Source of the DNA: Verrucomicrobiota bacterium
Lineage (GTDB): Bacteria > Verrucomicrobiota > Verrucomicrobiia > Opitutales > Oceanipulchritudinaceae
Assembly (NCBI GenBank): GCA_021208135.1
Contig: JAJOKB010000081.1
Coordinates: forward strand, 488-64,487
Reading direction: 5' to 3'
Length of the DNA: 64,000 nt
Shown here: positions 52,434-64,000 of the stretch, in pieces
Layout: every line of letters begins with the position of its first letter
Position numbering within the stretch: the stretch's first letter is position 1
The notes under the pieces: generated by a model
Databases searched by the model: none
Told to the model about the DNA's origin: nothing
Seen by the model: only the letters and a program-made list of their open reading frames with translations
Translations under genes and position numbers: made by a program

Positions 52434-52658
52434 ATGACAATCGAACTCCTCGCCGCTATTGAAGGCAATATTCACCACGCCCTGCAGGGCTCTATCGGCT
52501 GCTTGGCCGCTGCTCTTGCAGTAGGTATGATTGGCACCAAGGCCGTCGAAGCCGTTGGCCGCAACCCCGGTGCATCCGGTAAGGTTCTGGTCCAGTCCAT
52601 CATTGGTATGGCTCTCGCCGAAGCGGTGGCATTCTACGCCTTGTTCCTCGGACGTTAA
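52434..52658 (+). CDS. atpE: F0F1 ATP synthase subunit c
   Basis: 74 aa helical hairpin with the loop GRNPG and the carboxylate helix IIGMALAEAVAFYAL. Confidence 0.92.
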   Translation: MTIELLAAIEGNIHHALQGSIGCLAAALAVGMIGTKAVEAVGRNPGASGKVLVQSIIGMALAEAVAFYALFLGR

Positions 52659-52675
52659 CCTGATTTTCCAGAGCG

Positions 52676-52712
52676 CCCCGACACCTTTGCGGTGTCGGGG
52701 CAGTCTGTTTTT
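52676..52712 (+). terminator. Strong intra-operon hairpin after atpE (partial terminator or processing/stability element)
   Basis: CCCCGACACC (52676-52685), loop TTTGC, GGTGTCGGGG (52691-52700). A T5 run follows 7 nt later, so the spacing is not canonical for a full terminator. Confidence 0.45.
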
Positions 52713-52746
52713 CCGCTTCCAGCCAACCCTGATTTAGCAAACTTTT

Positions 52747-53307
52747 ATGTTCGACCTTCTGTTTCTGGCAGCCGCTACACCCGAAAGCACCGGCAATCCC
52801 ATCATTGATCTGGCCAACACTTTCGGTGTGGATTGGCGCATTATTTTGGCTCAAATCGTCAACTTCGCATTAGTTGCCTATTTGCTGTGGCGCTTTGCGT
52901 TCAAGCGGGTAATGGCTTCCATGGAGGAACGTCAAAAGCAAATTGCTGACGGTTTGCGTTTCGCCGACGAATCCAAGCTACAGCTCGCCGAGGCTGAAAA
53001 GACCAAGGCCGAAATCATTCGCGCAGCCCAGGCAGAAGGGCAGGAAATCTTGCGCGAAGTCAAAGAAAAGGCTCAGGCCTTTCACGATCAGCAAACCAAG
53101 GAAACTTCGCAAAAGGTCGAAGAAATGCTTCAACGCGGACGTGAAGCCAATGAACTGGAGCGCCAGAAAATGCTAAGCGAAGTTCGTCGCGAGATCGCAA
53201 GTCTCGTCGTTCTGACCTCCGCCAAGGTCTTGCGCAGCGAATTGCAGGATGTGCAGAAACAGCGCATCAACGAGGCAGCAGCAGCTGAAATTGCGCGTTC
53301 CAACTAG
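52747..53307 (+). CDS. atpF: F0F1 ATP synthase subunit b
   Basis: A single N-terminal TM helix (ILAQIVNFALVAYLLW) is followed by a long charged coiled coil. The gene sits between atpE and atpH. Confidence 0.82.
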   Translation: MFDLLFLAAATPESTGNPIIDLANTFGVDWRIILAQIVNFALVAYLLWRFAFKRVMASMEERQKQIADGLRFADESKLQLAEAEKTKAEIIRAAQAEGQEILREVKEKAQAFHDQQTKETSQKVEEMLQRGREANELERQKMLSEVRREIASLVVLTSAKVLRSELQDVQKQRINEAAAAEIARSN

Positions 53308-53314
53308 TCCTCCA

Positions 53315-53722
53315 ATGCCTGCCCAAAATTTGCCAACCAAAGAGCGAAGGCTCGCCAAATTACTGGCTCAACTGGCCGTAAGTCAGGACCAAACTGAAAG
53401 AGCCGGTTTCAGTTCACAATTGGCTGCTATTCACGGTAGCATCCCAGCCACCCGCCGCCGGGACTTCTTGAAAGCAGTGCGTAGCGAGTCTATTCGCGCT
53501 TGGCGTCGTCAACAGTTGGTCATAGAGCATGCCGGACCGTTGGCTTCCGCCGCTGCCGACGACATCAAATCCTATTTTGAAAGCGAGTTTAAGCGTACTT
53601 TACGCGTTGATCAGGTCGAAAATTCAGAGCTTATTGCGGGATTGCGCGTTCGGCTCGACGATCTGACCTTTGACTCCAGTGTTGCGGGACATCTGCAGCG
53701 CCTCGCCCAAACGATTGATTAA
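53315..53722 (+). CDS. atpH: F0F1 ATP synthase subunit delta (short form)
   Basis: The gene sits between atpF and atpA. The C-terminal segment [26 protein letters not shown] matches the OSCP/delta C-terminus. At about 135 aa it is shorter than usual. Confidence 0.65.
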   Translation: MPAQNLPTKERRLAKLLAQLAVSQDQTERAGFSSQLAAIHGSIPATRRRDFLKAVRSESIRAWRRQQLVIEHAGPLASAAADDIKSYFESEFKRTLRVDQVENSELIAGLRVRLDDLTFDSSVAGHLQRLAQTID

Positions 53723-53745
53723 CCCCTGACAGTTTTTATATTACC

Positions 53746-55284
53746 ATGAGTTCCATTCTTGCCCAGATCGAAAAAGAAATCGCCGGTCTCGATACTAAAG
53801 TCGCCCGTTCCAATACCGGTACGGTTGTCTCGGTTGCTGACGGCGTAGCCAAGGTCGAAGGACTGTCCGAAGTCATGCTCAATGAGATGGTGGAGTTTCC
53901 CGGCGGCATAACCGGTATCGCCCTCAATCTCGAAGAAGACGCCGTCGGGGTAGTTTGCCTCGGAGACACGGCCCAGCTCAAGCAGGGTGACGAGGTAAGG
54001 ACTACTGGCAAGCTGCTGTCAGTTCCTGTCGGCAAAGGCCTTCTCGGGCGCGTTGTCGATGCTCTGGGTAATCCTGTTGATGGTAAAGGTCCAATCAAGT
54101 CGGACGAATTTTATCCGGTTGAAAAAATCGCACCAGGAATTATCCCGCGCAAATCGGTCGATCAACCTTTGCAGACTGGAATTATGGCGATTGACGCTAT
54201 GATCCCCATCGGACGTGGACAACGGGAACTTATCATTGGCGATCGCGGTACCGGTAAAACCACGATTGCGATCGACACCATTATCAACCAGGCCAACATC
54301 AATCGCCAAGGTCTGGCACAGGGCGATCCTTCATTTCGTCCGGTCTACAGTATTTACGTTGCGGTCGGACAGAAGAATTCCACATTGGCACGCACCATCA
54401 ATGCTTTGGAGAAAGCCGGTGCCTTGGAATACTGTACTATTGTTTCCGCACCCGCTGCCGATAATCCCGCCAACCAATATTTGGCTCCCTTTTCCGGCTG
54501 CGCGATGGGTGAGTTTTTCATGAACAATGGCATGGATGCCTTGATTGTGTATGATGATCTATCCAAGCACGCGGTCGCCTATCGTCAAATCTCTCTTGTT
54601 CTCAAGCGTCCTGCAGGTCGTGAGGCCTATCCCGGTGACGTATTCTATTTGCACAGTCGCCTGCTGGAACGTTCTGCCCGTTTAAACGCGGATAACGGTA
54701 ACGGTTCACTCACTGCGCTCCCGATCATTGAAACTCAAGCTGGCGACGTGTCCGCCTACATTCCGACCAATGTGATTTCAATCACCGATGGTCAGGTCTT
54801 TTTGGAAACGGACTTGTTCAATCAAGGTATTCGTCCGGCTGTCAATGTGGGCCTTTCGGTATCCCGTGTAGGCTCAGCTGCACAAATCAAAGCCATGAAG
54901 CAGGTGGCCGGCCGCATCAAGGGCGAGTTGGCAAACTACCGCGAGTTGGCCGCTTTCGCTCAGTTTGGCTCTGACCTTGATGCACGTACCAAGCAGATTT
55001 TGGATCGCGGTTCCCGTTTGGTTCAAATGTTTAAACAGCCCGCCTATGCTCCCAAGGGCGCAGAAATCCAGTCGGCTCTGCTTTGGTCCATCAACAATGG
55101 CTTCTTCGCTGACATTGACGAAAAGGACATCACCGCAGCCGCTTCTTCCCTGCAAGAGTTTTTGGAGACCGGGCACCGCGATTTGCTGGACAGCATCGTC
55201 AAGGAAAAGAAGTTGTCCCCGGAAATTGAAGCCGGCCTTAAAAAGGCGGTCGAGGTCTGGAAAAATCAGCGCAAAAGCGCTTAA
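53746..55284 (+). CDS. atpA: F0F1 ATP synthase subunit alpha
   Basis: The protein shows the Walker A motif GDRGTGKT, plus [45 protein letters not shown]. Confidence 0.96.
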   Translation: MSSILAQIEKEIAGLDTKVARSNTGTVVSVADGVAKVEGLSEVMLNEMVEFPGGITGIALNLEEDAVGVVCLGDTAQLKQGDEVRTTGKLLSVPVGKGLLGRVVDALGNPVDGKGPIKSDEFYPVEKIAPGIIPRKSVDQPLQTGIMAIDAMIPIGRGQRELIIGDRGTGKTTIAIDTIINQANINRQGLAQGDPSFRPVYSIYVAVGQKNSTLARTINALEKAGALEYCTIVSAPAADNPANQYLAPFSGCAMGEFFMNNGMDALIVYDDLSKHAVAYRQISLVLKRPAGREAYPGDVFYLHSRLLERSARLNADNGNGSLTALPIIETQAGDVSAYIPTNVISITDGQVFLETDLFNQGIRPAVNVGLSVSRVGSAAQIKAMKQVAGRIKGELANYRELAAFAQFGSDLDARTKQILDRGSRLVQMFKQPAYAPKGAEIQSALLWSINNGFFADIDEKDITAAASSLQEFLETGHRDLLDSIVKEKKLSPEIEAGLKKAVEVWKNQRKSA

Positions 55285-55298
55285 CCTTTACTTGAGCC

Positions 55299-57628
<2,330 letters not shown>

Positions 57629-57660
57629 TTGTTTTCGATCAACCCTGAATTATCTTCCTG

Positions 57661-58083
57661 ATGCCTCTGGACCTGACTATTGTAACTCCCGAAAAATGTG
57701 TTCTTCAGGAATCTGTTGAACACGTGGTTTTACCCACCCAACACGCAGGCGAAATTGATGTCCTTCCTGGGCACTTGCCTCTGGTAACTGTTATTGAACC
57801 CGGAGAACTACGGTACCATAAAGACGGTAAGGCTGTGTCTGTCGCCATAGACAAGGGCTTTATCGAGGTCTCCAACGATTGCGTGGCCGTGCTCACCGAA
57901 GCCGCCCTGGAGGTCGATAATGTCGATGCATCCTTCCTCGACAATGCTAAATCCCGCGCTGAGGCCGCTCTGGCTGAAGCACGCTCCCGCAATGAAGATC
58001 CCGCAGTTTTGGAGGAACTCGAATTAAAAGCTCGCTTTGCTGTCTTGCAAAAAATTATTGCGGATAAAAAAGGTAGGGTTTAA
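57661..58083 (+). CDS. atpC: F0F1 ATP synthase subunit epsilon
   Basis: 140 aa reading LTIVTPE...VVLPTQHAGEIDVLPGHLPLVT, with a C-terminal helical hairpin. It is the last gene of the atp operon. Confidence 0.9.
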   Translation: MPLDLTIVTPEKCVLQESVEHVVLPTQHAGEIDVLPGHLPLVTVIEPGELRYHKDGKAVSVAIDKGFIEVSNDCVAVLTEAALEVDNVDASFLDNAKSRAEAALAEARSRNEDPAVLEELELKARFAVLQKIIADKKGRV

Positions 58084-58092
58084 TTCTGGTTT

Positions 58093-58739
58093 ATGCAAAA
58101 TGTACTTATTGTAGAGGATGAAGTCCTCTTAAGGGATCTGCTCTGCGATTTGATCAGTAATCAACCTGATCTCAATGTCATCGCTACCACTGGAGACGGC
58201 TCTGAGGGCTGCCGCATGTGCCTTCAGCTCAAACCAGATATTCTAGTCTGCGATATTCAACTCCCCGGTCTCAACGGCATTGAGATCTTGCAACGTGTCA
58301 AATCAGAATTGCCAGATACCAAGGTTCTAGCCCTCAGCGGTGTCTTCAATATCGCCCGTATTAAACGCGTGCTCATGGCCAAGCCGGACGGTATTGTGGA
58401 AAAGGCCAGTGGCCTCGCCGTCATGGAAAAGGCCTTGCACGCCGTTGCCTCAGGTCACGTCTTCTACAGTCCGGAAATCATTCGCAAAATGCCCGAACTT
58501 CTTTCGGCCAGCGAACACGATGGCGATCTCGAAAGCCTCACACCTCGCGAACGCGAAGTCCTCCAACTCATAGCAGAGGGCAATACTACCAAGGAAATCG
58601 CCGACAAATTGGGTATCAGTGTGCGCACGCCGATGTTCATCGTTCTAACATTATGAACAAACTCAAGGTGCATAATGTCGCCGGCCTCACTCGCATGGCC
58701 ATCTCCTTCGGCCTCGTTCAGGTCGCCGGTTCCATCTGA
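58093..58739 (+). CDS. NarL/FixJ (LuxR-type HTH) response regulator, with an apparent 1-nt deletion near 58629
   Basis: The receiver domain shows VLIVEDE...ILVCDIQLPGLNG. The output domain shows LTPREREVLQLIAEGNTTKEIADKLGISVRT, and after the shift (A)DVHRSNIMNKLKVHNVAGLTRMAI. The gene starts 9 nt after atpC. Confidence 0.85.
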
Positions 58740-58862
58740 TTGCTCTCCTTGTCCTCTTCCCATTTTCAGCCACGCGGCTTGATTCCGGTGAAGCTAATCC
58801 AGAAAAAGTTATAATTTTTCGCTTGACCTCTGGCGACTGATTGCGCTTATCATGCGGTCGTT

Positions 58863-59582
58863 ATGATTAGTAAAAATTATTTCCGTGTTATTTTAGCTGG
58901 TTTAGCAGCTTGGCTGCTGGCCGGAAGCATCGCGCAGGCGACAGTGTTGTTGGGCTGGGACACTCAAGGGGTGCTGGATCCGAAGGCTGCTAGTTTTGCA
59001 GTGGACTTTGTGGAGGAGGGGATTGTCGTGAGTTCGTTGGTTCGTGGTCCTGGATTGGGGACGACAGGAACAGCTGCGGCGAACACATTTTTTGCTTCCG
59101 GGTTTAATGTGTCTGAGCTATCCGAAGCGATGCTTGGCGGACATTGGTGGGAGTTTGGACTGACTGTGGATAATACGCTTAGCTTGGATCTGTCAGCATT
59201 AGGCGTTAACATCCGTAGATCTGGTAATGGTCCTGATAGCTGGCAATGGGGAGTCTCAGTGGGTGAGGGGGCTTTTGAGCTGATTGGGTTGCCCATGAAT
59301 TCGGTCACGTCTGCAGGCAACGGTGAAGCGCTGGCAACATTGGATTTGAGCCAGATATCGTTTTTGCAAGAGTTAACGGATACCTCGCTAACGTTCCGAC
59401 TATATGGTTGGGGAGGAACCACAGCTGCTGGAACGGGGTCGATAGGGCGGTTGGATGGCTACGATTTGTGGGTGTCGGGTATCGCAACTCCTGCTCCAAT
59501 TCCTGAGCCCTCGACCATGGTTGCATTGATGGGGCTGGCGGTACTGGTCCTGACGTGCGTTAGAAAGCGCTGCCGGGTTTAG
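58863..59582 (+). CDS. PEP-CTERM-anchored secreted protein
   Basis: The protein has a signal peptide and a beta-rich body. The C-terminus PAPIPEPSTMVALMGLAVLVLTCVRKRCRV is a PEP motif followed by a TM helix and a basic tail. Confidence 0.75.
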   Translation: MISKNYFRVILAGLAAWLLAGSIAQATVLLGWDTQGVLDPKAASFAVDFVEEGIVVSSLVRGPGLGTTGTAAANTFFASGFNVSELSEAMLGGHWWEFGLTVDNTLSLDLSALGVNIRRSGNGPDSWQWGVSVGEGAFELIGLPMNSVTSAGNGEALATLDLSQISFLQELTDTSLTFRLYGWGGTTAAGTGSIGRLDGYDLWVSGIATPAPIPEPSTMVALMGLAVLVLTCVRKRCRV

Positions 59583-59754
59583 TTGGAGTAGTAATTGGGA
59601 ACCTGAATTGCCAATAGAGCTGGTAGTGCTCTGTTGCCATTCAGGTTTCTCCCTATCCATTCATAAGGTCATTAGCGCCACTCATGGAGGAAGGAAAAAG
59701 CATTTTTTATAGAAGGGCTTATTTTGGTTTTGAATAACTCAACCAGAATAACCT

Positions 59755-61023
59755 ATGAAAAAACTTCGTTCGCTTCTTCTCTGCTCCGCGGCACTTTCTT
59801 TGCCGCTGTCCACACACGCTGGTGCATTCAGCGATCTCGTTTCCGATGGGGAAAACTTCTCCAACTGGATTGGCACCTTCACCTTTTTGAGTGATTTCAC
59901 CGATGGGCAAGGTTTCATCAATCACGCTGAACACGGTGCCTTGTTTGTAGTGGCTACCGATGAGGATGTGTGGCTTTACGACTGGAATATTGCTGCCATC
60001 GACGGCTTGTCAGGATGGATATTTACCAACCGTTTTGTATATCCCTACTTTTTTGTGCAAGATCTGCCAGCAGAGTGGGTCATCTATGTCGATGGTGTGC
60101 CCGGCCCCCGCGAGACATCGCGCATATTTGTTGAGCTCGGCACCGGCAATGTCGTCTTATTGCCCAAATTCACGACTCGCAACCTAGCTGAAGTAGCTAT
60201 TGCAGCAGGTGATTTCAATACGCTCGTAACGGCATTAACCATTACCGAATTGGCTGGCGTAGTTGCTGAAGGAGGTCCTTTTACCGTCTTCGCACCGACC
60301 GATGCCGCCTTCGGTTTGTTGGATGAAGCCTTGTTGACTGCTTTGACTACAACCGAGACCGACACACTCGCAAACATTCTGTTGTACCATGTTGTCGACG
60401 GAGTGGTAACCAGTGAGGACCTGCTGTTTGATCCAATGTCAATATTCCGCGGTCAGCAATTGGACTTTTATTTGCCGACGCTCGCAGGTACTGAATTGTT
60501 TGTGCAAACGACTCCGATGGGGGTATTGATCAACGGTACTCCGGTATTAGCTCCTGATATCCGGGCCGCCAACGGTGTTATCCATGTTATTGGAGAAGTT
60601 CTGTTGCCACCTGGTACAGTAGTAGACTTGGCTATCAGCAATGGATTCTCGACGTTAGTTGATCTTGTTGTAGCCGCAGATTTGGCCGGTGTATTGTCTG
60701 GCGAAGGGCCATTCACTGTATTTGCACCCACCAATGAAGCTTTTGCTGCCTTAGATCCTGAGACCGTGGCCTTTTTGTTGTCCGAAGAAGGTATTCCTAC
60801 CCTGGCTAACATTTTGACCTATCACGTAGTACCAGGTAAAATATTTGCCTCCGAGGTACCCGTGGATGTTGATGTGTTTACCGTCAATGGTGCTCCAGTG
60901 GTATTCTCTTCCGGGGACTCCGGCCTGCAGATCAATGGAGTTAACATTATTGCCACCAACGTTCTCGGCAGTAACGGTATCATCCATGTAATCGATGGTG
61001 TGATTCTGCCACCCGCTGAGTAA
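59755..61023 (+). CDS. Secreted protein with an N-terminal Trp/Tyr-rich module and two fasciclin (FAS1) domains
   Basis: There are two FAS1 repeats: [16 protein letters not shown]...LLYHVVDG...[14 protein letters not shown] and [16 protein letters not shown]...LTYHVVPG...[14 protein letters not shown]. Confidence 0.87.
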   Translation: MKKLRSLLLCSAALSLPLSTHAGAFSDLVSDGENFSNWIGTFTFLSDFTDGQGFINHAEHGALFVVATDEDVWLYDWNIAAIDGLSGWIFTNRFVYPYFFVQDLPAEWVIYVDGVPGPRETSRIFVELGTGNVVLLPKFTTRNLAEVAIAAGDFNTLVTALTITELAGVVAEGGPFTVFAPTDAAFGLLDEALLTALTTTETDTLANILLYHVVDGVVTSEDLLFDPMSIFRGQQLDFYLPTLAGTELFVQTTPMGVLINGTPVLAPDIRAANGVIHVIGEVLLPPGTVVDLAISNGFSTLVDLVVAADLAGVLSGEGPFTVFAPTNEAFAALDPETVAFLLSEEGIPTLANILTYHVVPGKIFASEVPVDVDVFTVNGAPVVFSSGDSGLQINGVNIIATNVLGSNGIIHVIDGVILPPAE

Positions 61024-61070
61024 CATTGATACTTGCCAAAGCGGCATATTCATTCCAGTGTGAAGGGTTT

Positions 61071-62327
61071 ATGGAATCAATGCCCTTCACACTCAGCATA
61101 GACCAAGCCAAGGTCATTCGCAGCCAACATGGCACTCCTGTTTATGTTTACAGTGAGGCCGCCCTCAGGGCAAGAGCAGCGGAGGCCTTGGCTTTCCCGC
61201 ATAGTTTCGGCTTGACTGTGCGTTATGCTATGAAGGCCGCACCCTCAGCCTTCATTCTCCGACTTTTTCACAACCTGGGTCTGCACTTCGATGCGAGCAG
61301 TGGATATGAGGTCCGTCGGCTTCTTATGTTGGGTATTCCTGGGGATCGGATTTCGCTCTCGACCCAAGAGTTGCCAGAGGATTTTCCTGAATTGTACAAG
61401 CTGGGCGTGAGTGTCAATGCATGCTCCCTTCATCAGTTGGAGCGGTTTGGCAAGGCGCTACCCGGTGGTCGCGTCGGTTTGCGTTTCAATCCCGGCCAAG
61501 GTAGCGGCGGCACAAATCGGACAAATGTCGGTGGTGTCGCTTCCTCATTTGGAATTTGGCATGAATATGCCGCTACTGCGCAGGAGATAGTGCAAAAATA
61601 CCAACTGCAGGTCTTCAGAATTCATACCCATATTGGCTCTGGCAGCGATCCGGCGGTGTGGCTTAAAGTTGCCTTGCTGAGTCTGAATATGGTGCGCTTG
61701 TTTCCGGATGTGACCGTTCTCAACATGGGTGGTGGTTACAAAGTGGCTCGTATGCCCGGCGAAAAGAGTACTGATTTGCAAACAGTGGGTGCTCCGGTGC
61801 GCGACAGTATCGCTGATTTCGCCAGCGAGACCGGACGCAAGTTACATTTTGAGATTGAACCAGGGACTTATTTGTTGGCGACCTCGGCTGGCGTTTTAAG
61901 CACCATTCAGGATATGGCTGATACCGGTCCTCAGGGCTATGCTTTCGTCAAGCTCGATACAGGTATGACAGAAATTCTTCGCCCTTCTCTCTATGGGGCT
62001 CAACATCCTATCGAGGTTTTTAGTAGTCTGCCAAACACTCGCACGCGCGATTACATTGTTGTTGGCCATTGTTGCGAATCAGGCGATATCTTGACTCCTG
62101 CTCCAGGCGATCCCGAGATGCTCGCACCGCGTTCATTACCCGAACCCGCAATTGGCGATCTTTGCTGGATTGGTGGGGCCGGTGCTTACTGTGCTGCCAT
62201 GCCAGCCAAAAATTATAATTCCTTCCCTGAAGCTGCTGAAGTTGTCCTCCTGCAAAGCGGTGCAACCAAACTGATCAGGCGAAGGCAGTCTTTGCAGCAG
62301 ATCATGCAAAACGAAATTTTGGATTGA
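61071..62327 (+). CDS. lysA: Diaminopimelate decarboxylase (fold-type III PLP decarboxylase)
   Basis: The protein shows YAMKA (PLP Lys), HTHIGSG, NMGGGY, EPGTYL and GHCCESGD, the motifs of the Orn/DAP/Arg decarboxylase family. The CESGD context favours DAP decarboxylase. Confidence 0.75.
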   Translation: MESMPFTLSIDQAKVIRSQHGTPVYVYSEAALRARAAEALAFPHSFGLTVRYAMKAAPSAFILRLFHNLGLHFDASSGYEVRRLLMLGIPGDRISLSTQELPEDFPELYKLGVSVNACSLHQLERFGKALPGGRVGLRFNPGQGSGGTNRTNVGGVASSFGIWHEYAATAQEIVQKYQLQVFRIHTHIGSGSDPAVWLKVALLSLNMVRLFPDVTVLNMGGGYKVARMPGEKSTDLQTVGAPVRDSIADFASETGRKLHFEIEPGTYLLATSAGVLSTIQDMADTGPQGYAFVKLDTGMTEILRPSLYGAQHPIEVFSSLPNTRTRDYIVVGHCCESGDILTPAPGDPEMLAPRSLPEPAIGDLCWIGGAGAYCAAMPAKNYNSFPEAAEVVLLQSGATKLIRRRQSLQQIMQNEILD

Positions 62328-62424
62328 AGCCTGCAGAATCCTAAAGGCTTCTTTTTCAGAGCCTTTCAACTATGCGACCAAGGTTAGTATTCGCGCCCCG
62401 ACGGGATATGCTACATTAGTTGGC

Positions 62425-64000
62425 ATGACCCTGAAAATACCCTTTATTTGCCTGCTCTTGGCTGCTTGTGGATGTGTTACTGAGTTGTCAGCGCGCACAG
62501 TCTATCAATTACAAGTCTCTACTGATGCCGTCGGTGCCACGCCAGAGGTTTTGGGCTACAATATCGGCCATACGGTGCCGACCAGCAATACCTTTGACTG
62601 GTTGCGTTACACGGAAGTCAATGGATTCAGATTATGGTCGTCACCAGTGCATATTGAACCCACCGACGACACGGGTGTGTGGGGTGATGGCGTTCATGAT
62701 CGCGAGAGTTTCCTCCAACGTCGCAGTGCGCTCAGGGCTGATCCCTTGAATCATGAGTTCATCAATTGGCCTATGTTTGAGCGTAATTTCGCTTCCGTTA
62801 TGGATGGCACCAACCGGTTCAGTGTCGAAGAGACTTTGCGGTTTGCGCAGGAAAATAACATAACGCCATTGGTGATGATTCATCGTGGAGTAGGGCGGTT
62901 TCCCTTCAGAGACACAGCCAGTTCGGTGGATTGGGCATCCCGCTGGGAAACATGGCAGCATTTCTACGCTCAGGTGTTTTGGATGGCCAGGCACTTCGAT
63001 GTTGAGCGGTTTCAAGTATACAATGAACCCGACCACATCATCAACATCCGCATGTCTCAGGAAGAGTATTTGGAACGTATGAAAATCAGTTCGGATGCTG
63101 TTCAGGCCGCGATTGCTGACGTCAATAAGATGTATGGGAAAAATCTTACCCCCCGGATCAGTGCACCGGTGACTGTTGCCGCAGTGACTATGTTTCATCC
63201 CCGACCTGGGCGCGAGGGCCCGGATCAGCGTGCCGCTGTTCGCGGCTGGGGTGAACTGTCCATGGAACATCGCAGAAAACCTTTTTTCGATGATGTCAGT
63301 GATGATTTCACCAATTTTCAAGTTTATGCCTATCAACAATATGGTCCGACAGGCCCCAGGTATGGCGAGCAGTATCAAGAAATGCGGCAGTTGGTGAAGT
63401 CAGCCAACAATGATGAACCGTTGCCGGTCATTATTACTGAGTTTAACGTCCTTGCGAATTACATGTTCAGACGTACTGAGGATACCATGCATACCCCCGG
63501 CCGCGCTTCCCGGCTCGGCAGCATTCTGATCAATTTGATCAACGAGCAACCTGATGAACTGTATGTGTTTAAGTTTGGACAGACGATGCACGCCACTGAA
63601 AGCTATCTCGCTAAAAATGGTAATTTCTGGCAGGACAATGACCAATATCCGTTTCATACCGGGGGTAGCACCCGTGGTGCCGAGGTCTATCGGTTGATAA
63701 TGCGGGCATTTCAGCGTGATAGGCAACTGTTGCAGCAGCCGGTGTGGCAAGGTGCCGTGCCCTCGGATACTTGGGTCGGTGCAAGCCACGACCCTGCAAC
63801 TGACATGTTTCATCTGTTCATGGTCACTGAACGGGCAACTGAGGCGACTGCAATGCAACTGGATCTCAGTCCATGGGGTATCCAAACTCCGGGCGTGGCA
63901 ATTTTGGAGGAGGTAAGTAAGGTGAGACATGGGTCAGTTCGCACATTGTTGCGCATCCCTGAAGATGGGAAACTCAATCTTGAGCTTTCGCCGGAGACTA
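62425..64000 (+). CDS. Lipoprotein, clan GH-A (TIM-barrel) glycoside hydrolase-like, 3' end outside window; NOT present in the supplied ORF track
   Basis: I read frame 1 codon by codon from ATG 62425 to 64000 and found no stop (525 codons). The lipobox-like signal is MTLKIPFICLLLAACGC. FQVYNEPDH (acid/base NEP) and PVIITEFN (nucleophile TE) are spaced about 150 aa apart, as in GH5/GH30/GH39-type enzymes. Confidence 0.7.
   Translation, partial: MTLKIPFICLLLAACGCVTELSARTVYQLQVSTDAVGATPEVLGYNIGHTVPTSNTFDWLRYTEVNGFRLWSSPVHIEPTDDTGVWGDGVHDRESFLQRRSALRADPLNHEFINWPMFERNFASVMDGTNRFSVEETLRFAQENNITPLVMIHRGVGRFPFRDTASSVDWASRWETWQHFYAQVFWMARHFDVERFQVYNEPDHIINIRMSQEEYLERMKISSDAVQAAIADVNKMYGKNLTPRISAPVTVAAVTMFHPRPGREGPDQRAAVRGWGELSMEHRRKPFFDDVSDDFTNFQVYAYQQYGPTGPRYGEQYQEMRQLVKSANNDEPLPVIITEFNVLANYMFRRTEDTMHTPGRASRLGSILINLINEQPDELYVFKFGQTMHATESYLAKNGNFWQDNDQYPFHTGGSTRGAEVYRLIMRAFQRDRQLLQQPVWQGAVPSDTWVGASHDPATDMFHLFMVTERATEATAMQLDLSPWGIQTPGVAILEEVSKVRHGSVRTLLRIPEDGKLNLELSPET

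Noticed and set aside
62641-63930. Two long minus-strand ORFs (62641-63378 and 63400-63930) offered by the ORF track at the 3' end.
   Set aside because: They are antisense to an uninterrupted 525-codon plus-strand frame that has a lipoprotein signal and GH-A catalytic motifs. The minus-strand products have no recognisable features.

Overview
Chromosomal-looking segment with no transposase, integrase, phage, CRISPR, rRNA or tRNA that I could recognise. The gene content points to a Verrucomicrobiota (Opitutae-like) genome; this is a low-confidence inference from PEP-CTERM proteins, TonB-receptor-centred polysaccharide loci without SusD, an RRM protein and a recurring Trp/Tyr-rich module.

Order of content:
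- Housekeeping block: eno, prfB with its programmed +1 frameshift, an ATP-grasp-like ORF, purF, purM, trxA, glyQS.
- A DUF4838 / EpsI-like / six-hairpin glycosidase trio.
- An RRM protein running in frame into trpS.
- A secreted protein followed by a histidine kinase and an OmpR-type regulator.
- A roughly 19 kb pectin/polygalacturonate utilisation locus: PL1 lyase, TRAP dctPQM, GH28, an unknown secreted protein, DUF4861-GH105, kduD, kduI, a TonB-dependent receptor, an IclR/KdgR-type regulator, a PEP-CTERM protein and a PL9 lyase.
- A TonB2-type six-gene cluster (DUF3450, long MotA/ExbB, ExbB, ExbD, TonB, TPR) followed by a second TonB-dependent receptor.
- An S9 peptidase.
- The F1Fo ATP synthase operon atpBEFHAGDC.
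- A NarL-type regulator, a second PEP-CTERM protein, a fasciclin protein and lysA.
- A 3'-truncated clan GH-A lipoprotein gene that the ORF track does not list.

Caveat: the sequence has about 27 single-base frame breaks, almost all at short homopolymers, and several hit essential genes. Many genes therefore appear as 2-4 pieces in the ORF track. I merged those pieces and treat the breaks as probable sequence errors, not pseudogenes.

The observations I find most interesting:
- An unnamed ~250 aa domain shared by both pectate lyases and a stand-alone PEP-CTERM protein.
- A Trp/Tyr-rich module inserted in four unrelated secreted proteins.
- An orphan EpsI-like gene translationally coupled inside a glycosidase cluster.
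- The RRM-TrpRS read-through.
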